Source of the DNA: Candidatus Hydrogenedentota bacterium
GTDB taxonomy: Bacteria > Hydrogenedentota > Hydrogenedentia > Hydrogenedentales > SLHB01
Assembly: GCA_963745075.1 (NCBI GenBank)
Contig: CAVUWV010000012.1
Span: 160,001-224,000, forward strand
Direction of reading: 5' to 3'
Length of the DNA: 64,000 nt
The position numbers and the translations under genes were made by a program. Positions 10,555 to 18,265 of this stretch are shown one piece after another. Positions within the stretch are counted from its first letter, which is position 1. Each line of letters begins with the position of its first letter. The notes under the pieces are model-generated. The model saw nothing but the letters and a program-made list of their open reading frames with translations. It was not told the DNA's origin and made no database searches.

Positions 10555-11238
10555 ATGACCGGGCCGTTTCTGCTTCCCCGCCGAACGTTTCTGGAAGGGC
10601 TTGCTGCCGGCGCTTTTGCCTTTGCGGTGCCTGAGGCGTTTGCGGAAGCTTTGACGCTGACGCCGCGCCAAACGCAAGGTCCGTTCTATCCGGACCACCT
10701 GCCGCTCGACCGCGACAACGATTTGCTGATCGTCAATGATTCAACAACCCCCGCCGTCGGAGAGGTAACGCACTTCGGCGGCCGCGTGCTCGACCTCCAC
10801 GGCGATCCTATCCGAAATGCCCTTGTGGAAATCTGGCAAGTCGATAATAGCGGCGTCTACTTACACTCGAAGAGTCCTGGTCGCGACAAATGGGATACAC
10901 ATTTTCAGGGGTATGGCCGCTTCGAAACGGCGTCCAGCGGCGAATATCGCTTCCGCACCATCAAGCCGGTCCCGTACCGGCAAGGAAATTTCCAACGAAC
11001 CGCGCATATCCACGTTGCCGTAACCGTCCCGGGGCGCGATACGTTTACGACGCAATGCTACATTAAGGGGTATCCCTTGAACGGCCAAGACACCATTTTG
11101 CAGTCCATACGCGATCCGAAAGCCCGCGACAGCGTGATTGTGGAATTCCTGCCGGTGCCCGATTCTTCCACCGGCGAACTTGCTGCGCGTTTTGACATTG
11201 TCCTCGGGTTGACTCCCGAAGACGCGGGGCACCCTTAA
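10555..11238 (+). CDS. Intradiol ring-cleavage dioxygenase (protocatechuate 3,4-dioxygenase beta-like), Tat signal
   Basis: RRTFL Tat motif, GPFYP, EIWQ, and putative Fe ligands in GVY, PVPY and HIH. Confidence 0.85.
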   Translation: MTGPFLLPRRTFLEGLAAGAFAFAVPEAFAEALTLTPRQTQGPFYPDHLPLDRDNDLLIVNDSTTPAVGEVTHFGGRVLDLHGDPIRNALVEIWQVDNSGVYLHSKSPGRDKWDTHFQGYGRFETASSGEYRFRTIKPVPYRQGNFQRTAHIHVAVTVPGRDTFTTQCYIKGYPLNGQDTILQSIRDPKARDSVIVEFLPVPDSSTGELAARFDIVLGLTPEDAGHP

Positions 11239-11288
11239 CGCCATCCATTGGGAAGAATATCGCTCAGATTATTACGCATGATAGCGGA

Positions 11289-11391
11289 GTGCCCGCCGGT
11301 TCTGGGAAAACCGGCGGGCACGCCACAGCGGGGGTTGGGGGGAGTGAGGCTCTTAAATTATCTATACAACTGCCCGCACGGGCAGTTGTAT
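11289..11391. terminator. Two stem-loops between convergent genes (likely terminators)
   Basis: GTGCCCGCCGGTT/AACCGGCGGGCAC (11289-11321) and ATACAACTGCCCG/CGGGCAGTTGTAT (11364-11391). Confidence 0.6.
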
Positions 11392-11909
11392 TATGAATTC
11401 CTCAATTTGTCGGAAAACTCCTCCAACGATTTGTTCAGGTTTTCTATACTCTGCTGGACGGCCGCGGTGGCGTTGGCCAACGCGTTCGCGGACATCTCCC
11501 TCAGTTTAGCGATTTGATCGTCGATGGATTCTCGCTGCGACTGCAACTGATCCAAGTTCTGTCGTAGCTGGTCGTTCGCGTTGTCTCCCATCTCGTCGAG
11601 CTTCTCCGACATGTCCTCGAGTTGCTCGTCCAATTTTTCAAGTTGTTCGTTGAAATTCTCCTGCGGCGAGTCTTGACCCAACTGCACGGCGTCCTTGATT
11701 TCGTTCTTCGCGTCCGTGGCCTCGTCTTTAATCTCGTCTTTCAATTCTTTCGCTTCGTCGCGGAGTTCATCGGCTTTGGCAGGCTCGTGGGTTTGCGTAT
11801 TGTCCTGCGACCCGGCAGACGTGGAATTCGGAGCGCCAGACTGCGAACATCCGAACGCTACGACCATTGCCAAGGCGGGCAAAGCCACTACCCTATGCAC
11901 CTTGTTCAT
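11391..11909 (-). CDS. Acidic coiled-coil lipoprotein (YtxH/LEA-like general stress protein)
   Basis: GAGGAGG RBS, lipobox AFGC, D/E/K/Q-rich amphipathic repeats. Confidence 0.65.
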   Translation of the reverse strand: MNKVHRVVALPALAMVVAFGCSQSGAPNSTSAGSQDNTQTHEPAKADELRDEAKELKDEIKDEATDAKNEIKDAVQLGQDSPQENFNEQLEKLDEQLEDMSEKLDEMGDNANDQLRQNLDQLQSQRESIDDQIAKLREMSANALANATAAVQQSIENLNKSLEEFSDKLRNS

Positions 11910-11945
11910 TCGCTTACCTCCTCGCCGGTTGGTGTGGAGCAAGGG

Positions 11946-11961
11946 TGCAAATAGCGTGCCA
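11946..11961 (-). promoter_or_regulatory. sigma54 (-24/-12) promoter
   Basis: Minus strand TGGCACGCTATTTGCA is an exact TGGCAC-N5-TTGCA match, about 37 bp upstream of the lipoprotein ATG. Confidence 0.8.
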
Positions 11962-12102
11962 GTCTCCAACTCCTTTGACCTGCCAATCGTCCGCCCCCGC
12001 GGCGGCATTGAAACTATACAACCTGTAACTTTTCTATACGAGAATATTCGCTATTCGGGGTTCGAATCCTGGAATTCGCGGTAAGACTAGTCTCGCCAAC
12101 GT

Positions 12103-12118
12103 TGGCACAGACTATGCA
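12103..12118 (+). promoter_or_regulatory. sigma54 (-24/-12) promoter
   Basis: TGGCACAGACTATGCA with GG-N10-GC spacing, about 45 bp upstream of the DUF1328 ATG. Confidence 0.75.
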
Positions 12119-12163
12119 CTCCGATGAGAGGTGACAACCTGACGATGGTGAAAGGAGGTCCAT

Positions 12164-12337
12164 ATGCTGTATTGGGCTTTAGTCTTTTTCATTGTGTCGA
12201 TTGTGGCAGCGCTTTTCGGTTTTGGTGGAATCGCGATAGCCGCAGCCGGCATTGCGAAAATCCTTTTCTATGTATTCCTCGTCCTGTTCCTTGTCTTTTT
12301 GATCAGCGGCCTGGTCGGGCGGCGCCCGGTGGTCTAG
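12164..12337 (+). CDS. DUF1328 / UPF0391 small membrane protein (YtjA-like), 57 aa, absent from the ORF track
   Basis: AAAGGAGG RBS; translates as [57 protein letters not shown]. Confidence 0.9.
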   Translation: MLYWALVFFIVSIVAALFGFGGIAIAAAGIAKILFYVFLVLFLVFLISGLVGRRPVV

Positions 12338-12425
12338 AGGGCGAACTCAGTCTTCTCGCAAGAGCGAGGCGCCTCGGCGAGCGTTCCTCTTGAGTGAAGA
12401 CGCAACGAAGAGGAAGGACATTACG

Positions 12426-12572
12426 ATGGAGACGTTGCAAAATATCGGAATCGCCGTAGTGGCTGTTGCGTTGCTAGTGCTCGCGGGATGTAACACGGTC
12501 CACGGCGTTGGCGAAGACGTTGAAAAAGGCGGCGAAGCAATTCAGGGTGCCGCCACCGATGCCCAGAACTAG
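12426..12572 (+). CDS. Entericidin A/B family lipoprotein
   Basis: Lipobox LAGC followed by NTVHGVGEDVEKGGEAI, the typical entericidin signature. Confidence 0.88.
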   Translation: METLQNIGIAVVAVALLVLAGCNTVHGVGEDVEKGGEAIQGAATDAQN

Positions 12573-12630
12573 TATTCACCGGCGATGACGCGTGATTTCA
12601 AGGCACAACGGGTGCGGTAGTCGGCGTTTC

Positions 12631-12684
12631 TCCCTCAAGACCATTTGGCCAATGAAAGTGTAAGGAGAGAATGGTCTTGAGGGA
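12631..12684. repeat. Perfect 15 bp inverted repeat upstream of the TrkA-C gene
   Basis: TCCCTCAAGACCATT-24 nt-AATGGTCTTGAGGGA. Confidence 0.7.
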
Positions 12685-12708
12685 ATTGTTTGTTGGAGGC
12701 AAGCGGCA

Positions 12709-13497
12709 ATGATAGCGCTTATGACCTTGTTGGCGATCCTGACCTTGTCGATCCTGGTTACCCGGGTAGCGACCATCGCCTTGGTTCACACCGGTTTGGC
12801 GCCCCAGGCGGCGCGATTCCAGGCGCGTTCCGCATTCACCGGGGTCGGCTTCACAACGAATGAAGCCGAGAAGGTGGTCAACCATCCCGTGCGCCGCCGA
12901 ATCCTCCTGCTGCTCATGCTACTGGGTAATGCCGGGATCGTAAGTGCCGTGGCGTCTATGATGCTCACCTTTGTGGATACCCAGGCCGAATCCGATTGGT
13001 TAATCCGGGTGGTGGTGCTCGTCGCCGGTATCGCCGCGCTCTGGACCGCAGCGCACAGCAAGTGGTTGGACCAGCGGCTTTCCCGCGTGATACGCGCCAT
13101 GCTCACGCGATGGACCGATTTGGATGTACGCGACTTTGCTTCCCTGTTCCATCTCGGCGGGGATTACCAGATCGCGGAACTCCAGGTTGAGCCCGATGAC
13201 TGGATGGCCGACAAGAAAATCGCCGAGTTGAAATTGCGCGACGAAGGATTGCTGGTCCTCGGCATTCAACGCCCGGACGGCACGTACATGGGGGTTCCCA
13301 ACGGCGAGACAACGTTCAAGGCCGGTGATATTCTGCTCGTTTACGGTCGTAATGAAACCTTGACGGGACTGGATCGGCGCAAAGAAGGCATCGGCGGCAC
13401 CCTGGCACATCAGGATGCCGTCGCCACCCAAGCGCAAGTCGAGCGGGAGGAATTGGAGTCCGCAACCGAACCGCAACGATCGAAGTCCGAATGTTGA
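12709..13497 (+). CDS. Membrane protein with channel-like N-terminus and TrkA-C (RCK-C) domain
   Basis: FQARSAFTGVGFTT motif, TM helices, C-terminal VLGIQR...GDILLVYG. Confidence 0.8.
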   Translation: MIALMTLLAILTLSILVTRVATIALVHTGLAPQAARFQARSAFTGVGFTTNEAEKVVNHPVRRRILLLLMLLGNAGIVSAVASMMLTFVDTQAESDWLIRVVVLVAGIAALWTAAHSKWLDQRLSRVIRAMLTRWTDLDVRDFASLFHLGGDYQIAELQVEPDDWMADKKIAELKLRDEGLLVLGIQRPDGTYMGVPNGETTFKAGDILLVYGRNETLTGLDRRKEGIGGTLAHQDAVATQAQVEREELESATEPQRSKSEC

Positions 13498-13539
13498 GTC
13501 GCGCCAATTCCGACTGTCGGGAGTTCCGCGCCGGTCTGG

Positions 13540-13989
13540 CTACTCTTCAGCGGGCTTGAACTGATGGTCGTAATAGTCGTCGTTCAACGTGCTGATCAAC
13601 TTCTTGGACTCCGCCAAATCCGCTTCCAGCAATTCCCGCATGGAAACGAATCCGCGAAACCGGTTCTCCTTGTCCAAAACGACGAGATGACGAAAGTTCC
13701 GGTCGAGCATGAGCGCTTGCGCCGTCTGGCGTGATTCGCTTGTCGCTACACAAACAACCTGGCTCGACATGACATCCCGTACTTTTGTGGTTGTTGGATC
13801 CAGCCCTTCCGCGACCACGCGTCTCGCCAAATCGCGTTCCGAGAACACGCCGACCACAGCGCGGTCCTCACAGACGGCTACGGCGCCCACGCCCTTTTGC
13901 GCGAGATACGCGACCACCTCCTTGACGGTTGCGTTTGGTTCTACGAAAAAAGGTTCCCGGTCAGAGACGACATCACCGATGGTTTTCAT
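13540..13989 (-). CDS. CBS domain-containing protein
   Basis: Tandem CBS pair (VGVFSERDL, FRHLVV). Confidence 0.88.
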   Translation of the reverse strand: MKTIGDVVSDREPFFVEPNATVKEVVAYLAQKGVGAVAVCEDRAVVGVFSERDLARRVVAEGLDPTTTKVRDVMSSQVVCVATSESRQTAQALMLDRNFRHLVVLDKENRFRGFVSMRELLEADLAESKKLISTLNDDYYDHQFKPAEE

Positions 13990-14135
13990 GCCTGCACCCT
14001 CCGATCCAACCCGCCTTCACGTTAGATAGTCTAGCACGGTATTTCTTGCGCCAAGGGGAATCTTGTGTTCTTGAGGGCATTTTGATGCTGGCCCATCCGT
14101 GGAAGTCTCGGTCGGTCATAGACATCGCCCGTCTG

Positions 14136-14164
14136 TTGACGAACCACCCGACACCGCATACAAT
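14136..14164 (+). promoter_or_regulatory. sigma70-type promoter for fdhA
   Basis: TTGACG-17 bp-TACAAT. Confidence 0.6.
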
Positions 14165-14331
14165 GGCAATGCAAGGTTGCGGTCGTCCCGGTGCGACGAC
14201 CAAGTTTTACCATCCAGTTCCCGTATTTTCTCGTCTGGCCGTATCGCGATGGATGAGGCATTCCCCGTTGGTGCGGGGGTGGTGTGTTTCGGGCAGCTAT
14301 CAGCAAGGTGCGTACCTAAGGAGGCGGAACC

Positions 14332-15522
14332 ATGGCAAGCAACAGAGGCGTGGCATACATCAAACCGGGCGTCGTCGAAGTCCAGAGCATCGATTATCCG
14401 AAGCTGGCGCTCGGCAATCGCAAGTGCGAGCACGGCGTCATTCTCAAGATCGTATCGACCAATATTTGTGGCAGCGATCAGCACATGGTGCGCGGCCGAA
14501 CAACGGCACCGGAAGGGCTCGTTTTGGGCCACGAGATCACCGGCGAGATCGTCGAAGTCGGCCGCGACGTGGAATTCTTGTCCAAAGGCGATATCGTCTC
14601 TGTGCCCTTCAACATCGCCTGCGGTCGTTGCCGGAATTGTAAAGAAGGCAAGACCGGTATCTGCCTCAACGTCAATCCCGCTCGTCCCGGCGCCGCCTAC
14701 GGCTACGTCGACATGGGTGGATGGGTTGGCGGCCAGGCTGAATACGTCTTGGTGCCGTATGCCGACTTCAATCTGCTCAAGTTCCCCGACAAAGACCAGG
14801 CCATGGCGAAGATCAAAGACTTGACCCTGCTTTCGGATATCTTCCCCACGGGATATCACGGAGCGGTCACGGCCGGTGTCGGACCCGGCACCATCGCCTA
14901 CGTCGCGGGCGCGGGCCCGGTAGGCCTGGCTAGCGCCGCGTCGTGCCACCTGCTCGGCGCAGCGTGCGTCATTGTTGGGGACATGATTGACGAGCGGCTC
15001 GCGCAGGCCAAAAGCTTTGGGTGCGAAGTCGTCGATCTCAAAAAGGACGCGACCCTTGCCGAGCAAATCGAGCAGGTTGTCGGTGTGCCCGAAGTCGATG
15101 CCGCCGTGGACTGCGTCGGATTCGAGGCCCGGGGCCATGGTTGCGATCATTCGACAGAACACCCGGCCACGGTACTTAACGCCGCCATGGAAGTGACGCG
15201 GGCGGGCGGCGCTATCGGTATCCCGGGGCTGTACGTGACCGGCGATCCGGGCGCGGTGGACGACAATGCCAAGATCGGCATGCTCGGCATCCGCATCGGT
15301 CTTGGTTGGGCCAAGTCCCATTGCTTCGCGACCGGCCAGTGCCCGGTCATGAAATATCACCGCCAATTGATGCAGTGTATCCTCCACGACAAGATCCAAA
15401 TCGCCAAGGCGGTGAACGTGACTACGATCTCGCTGGACGACGCGCCCAAGGGATATAAGGACTTCGACAAAGGCGCGGCGAAGAAGTTCGTCATCGATCC
15501 ACACGGCATGGTCGCCGCGTAG
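14332..15522 (+). CDS. fdhA: Glutathione-independent formaldehyde dehydrogenase
   Basis: NICGSDQHMVRGRT, GHE, structural Zn CGRCRNC..C, LSDIFPTG, GAGPVG; AAGGAGG RBS. Confidence 0.92.
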   Translation: MASNRGVAYIKPGVVEVQSIDYPKLALGNRKCEHGVILKIVSTNICGSDQHMVRGRTTAPEGLVLGHEITGEIVEVGRDVEFLSKGDIVSVPFNIACGRCRNCKEGKTGICLNVNPARPGAAYGYVDMGGWVGGQAEYVLVPYADFNLLKFPDKDQAMAKIKDLTLLSDIFPTGYHGAVTAGVGPGTIAYVAGAGPVGLASAASCHLLGAACVIVGDMIDERLAQAKSFGCEVVDLKKDATLAEQIEQVVGVPEVDAAVDCVGFEARGHGCDHSTEHPATVLNAAMEVTRAGGAIGIPGLYVTGDPGAVDDNAKIGMLGIRIGLGWAKSHCFATGQCPVMKYHRQLMQCILHDKIQIAKAVNVTTISLDDAPKGYKDFDKGAAKKFVIDPHGMVAA

Positions 15523-15548
15523 CCGAAATGTCGGTGCTGAAAGTAAAC

Positions 15549-15580
15549 GAGGCCGCCCCCGCCGGGCGGCCTCTTGCTTC
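15549..15580 (+). terminator. Intrinsic terminator
   Basis: GAGGCCGCCC/GGGCGGCCTC stem with T-rich tail after fdhA. Confidence 0.55.
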
Positions 15581-15678
15581 TGAATACGATGCCATATTCC
15601 GGACCAACTGCCGCCATCACGTTGCCGTCCGGCCGAAGGCAATTCATCCTCTCGGTCGAAACGGCGCGCGATTTCGCG

Positions 15679-18123
15679 CTACTCCTCTACTTGAACGCGT
15701 CGTTCGTCGAGTTCGAAGCAAATCGTGTCGGACTTCCTGCCGGGAGCGGATACTAAAACAGTGAGGGCTTGTTCGTCCAAATGGCATTCGCGTAACGTCC
15801 CGGCTTGTTCTCCTTCGCGCGTAGGATACAGTAGGAAGACGCGTGTCACCGGCAGTGACGTTTCTTGTGTGAAGATTGCCGTTGGCGCCGGTTTGACCTC
15901 CTTGCCGTGCGTGGCGTCCCAACCCTGTATAGTCGGTTCTTTCTGTCCTTCTACGACGGTGCAGTGAAGGTCATTGGCGCCGCCCGCTTCAAGTGCCAGA
16001 TTGGGTCCGGTTGGATTGTGTGTTGCGACACGTCGGTCGTCATCAACGCGAACCATCTGACCGGCTGCGAAATGAAACAACGAATCGATCGTATGCGTTC
16101 CTTCGCCCAAAATCTCATCGACGATGACCCAATACCGTGGTTTTTGAAATAACACGTGCCGCCGATGGGTGACCTCCGTGCCGGCAGGGCCGTAACCTCC
16201 CTCGTATGCCGCGCACGCGTAGTCAAACGTATCCGTCGACTGCCAAACCGGTGCAGGCGCTTCCGGGGCCATCAGTTCCTGACCGGCGCGGATGCGGCGC
16301 TGCCCCTGGCCGTCAATCAGTACAGTCGAGTGCGCCGCCGAGCTGACGCACCACTTCCGCCAATCGTCGAGCGTGTAGAGGTACGGGCCCGGATCGATGA
16401 TGAAGTTGGTCCCGTAAGCCGATAGCACGAAAGACAACTTATCCTCGTGCTGGTGGTTGGTGCCTACCGGTCCGCCGTCGAAGCAGAGATACCGGGCGTC
16501 CTTTGACCAATCACTCCGCATCACTGCGTATCCCGCGTAGGGGAGCATGCGCAACGTCGATTCCGGCGCACGGCCCTCCGCGCCGTTCGTCGCGGCATAG
16601 CGCATGTCTTCGCGGCCGAAAAGCTCGGCACCTTCACGCAGCAAACTCTGCACATCGTTTCGTTTGGAATCGCTGAACGCCGGTACCGTCCCGTCCGGCT
16701 TCATCATCCACATCACGTAGGCGTACATCCGCACCACGCCCTTCGCGTACTCGTCCGGCAACGCTACCCCCGTTTGTTGTGCGAGAACCAGCGCCCGTTT
16801 GAATCGGTCCAGACAATACAAATGGTAACTGGGGGCCAATTCATACTGCGCGCCGTCCGGATAGACCTGAAGGTCCAGTTGGTGCTGCAACCGGTCAAAG
16901 CCGGCCTTTCGCCAGGTCTCCGCGTCGGCCAGTTCGGGCCAGTAAACCGACACGCCGACCAATCCCAACGAGTCCACCACGCTCCAATTGCTGGGACGTC
17001 GAAGCCCGGCAGGGTGATCGTGGAGGTACTGACCGTGACTCCAGATGGAGCCCAACATCAACGCCAGGGCCTGCGGCGTGAACGACGGAGAACTCAGGAA
17101 TCCGTAGAAACTTTGCGGCCACGAAACCATCATGCGGTTTCCCGCTTCCAGGTTCCTCCACGAACCCACACGGGTCAACGTATACGGTGGCGCAGGATTC
17201 TGAATGACGAAATCGGTCATTTCGTTCACAAACTCGCGCGCATATTTCTCCTTAGCCGTCTTTAAGTAGGCTTCGAGCAGCACGGCAAAATGATGGTGAC
17301 TGTTGAAGTTCCAAAGCCATTCCGCACTGGGTGCGCCTGCCGGTTGCCGGTTCCACTCGATAACCGGACCCATTTCGATGGTCGTATCGTACTCGGTAAA
17401 CACATGGTCGCAAATGCGGTCGCCGTTCGGGTCCGACGACGACTCGGGATGCTCGCTTACGCGACGATGCATGCCTCGCGGCTCCTCTTTACGGCGATAG
17501 TATTCCGACAATTCATACAACGCGAGTGCGTACTTGTTGTCTTGGTATGCCCGACGAACCCGTTCCAGACCGGGGTAGGAAAGGTTCAGCATCGATTCGA
17601 ACAACTGCTTCCGAAAATGCTCCTGGGTGAGGACGAAATTCTCCGGCGAACTCAGACTTGCATACACCGACCGGTCGTCAAGTTCCGGTACGTCAACGTC
17701 GCCAATTCGCAGCGTTCCGTCGGACAGCGACAATCCCAACGTCGCCACAGGGCCCCGCTCGATGTCGTACACCGCGTCGGAAAGCCAGCGGGAATCTCCA
17801 CCCGAAACAACGATTCCGTGGATCTTCTTTCCGGACACTTGTTCCGGTTCAAATTCGATCTGCGCCCACCCGAACCGCTTCACACCTGCCTGAACGGCGT
17901 CCGGCGGGACCGGGAATGGTTCAGGCATCTCAGCGTTCATCAACTTCTCAATCTGTTCGACGCTCACGTCTGTTGGGACGGGCTCGCCAGCGATACCTCG
18001 TGCCGTGCGCGCCGCCCAATCCCCCGTGACCACGCGCCAACCACCCTCTTCAAAGAGAACCTCCGACGCTTGGGCACGGGACATAACCCCAATCATGACA
18101 ACGACAACACAGACTCTTCGCAC
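15679..18123 (-). CDS. Heparinase II/III family polysaccharide lyase, exported
   Basis: Signal peptide, SNW, PDG.QYELAPSYH, HQHED, IIDPG and AHST motifs. Confidence 0.85.
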   Translation of the reverse strand: MRRVCVVVVMIGVMSRAQASEVLFEEGGWRVVTGDWAARTARGIAGEPVPTDVSVEQIEKLMNAEMPEPFPVPPDAVQAGVKRFGWAQIEFEPEQVSGKKIHGIVVSGGDSRWLSDAVYDIERGPVATLGLSLSDGTLRIGDVDVPELDDRSVYASLSSPENFVLTQEHFRKQLFESMLNLSYPGLERVRRAYQDNKYALALYELSEYYRRKEEPRGMHRRVSEHPESSSDPNGDRICDHVFTEYDTTIEMGPVIEWNRQPAGAPSAEWLWNFNSHHHFAVLLEAYLKTAKEKYAREFVNEMTDFVIQNPAPPYTLTRVGSWRNLEAGNRMMVSWPQSFYGFLSSPSFTPQALALMLGSIWSHGQYLHDHPAGLRRPSNWSVVDSLGLVGVSVYWPELADAETWRKAGFDRLQHQLDLQVYPDGAQYELAPSYHLYCLDRFKRALVLAQQTGVALPDEYAKGVVRMYAYVMWMMKPDGTVPAFSDSKRNDVQSLLREGAELFGREDMRYAATNGAEGRAPESTLRMLPYAGYAVMRSDWSKDARYLCFDGGPVGTNHQHEDKLSFVLSAYGTNFIIDPGPYLYTLDDWRKWCVSSAAHSTVLIDGQGQRRIRAGQELMAPEAPAPVWQSTDTFDYACAAYEGGYGPAGTEVTHRRHVLFQKPRYWVIVDEILGEGTHTIDSLFHFAAGQMVRVDDDRRVATHNPTGPNLALEAGGANDLHCTVVEGQKEPTIQGWDATHGKEVKPAPTAIFTQETSLPVTRVFLLYPTREGEQAGTLRECHLDEQALTVLVSAPGRKSDTICFELDERRVQVEE

Positions 18124-18265
18124 AACGCTATCCCCCGATTAACCAACGGTTCCGTTGATGGATAGTATCAACCCGATGCACGGTCCAACCACCCCGAAGA
18201 AGGTCCACCCCTTTCGTTCAACGAGATATGGACTTCGCTGCGTACAACCCATTACTCTTGCACCT

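Noticed and set aside
12056..12072. GGGGTTCGAATCCT resembling a tRNA T-arm
   Set aside because: T stem is imperfect, and there is no acceptor, D or anticodon arm and no integrase nearby.
12124..12393. 89 aa ORF from the track
   Set aside because: Overlaps the better-supported DUF1328 gene in another frame.
12573..12708. c-di-AMP (ydaO) riboswitch before the TrkA-C gene
   Set aside because: No matching conserved segments; only a simple stem.
14116..15642. 508 aa minus-strand ORF, and similar long antisense ORFs at 47655-49070, 54993-56147 and 56849-57922
   Set aside because: Mirror frames of well-supported genes in GC-rich DNA.
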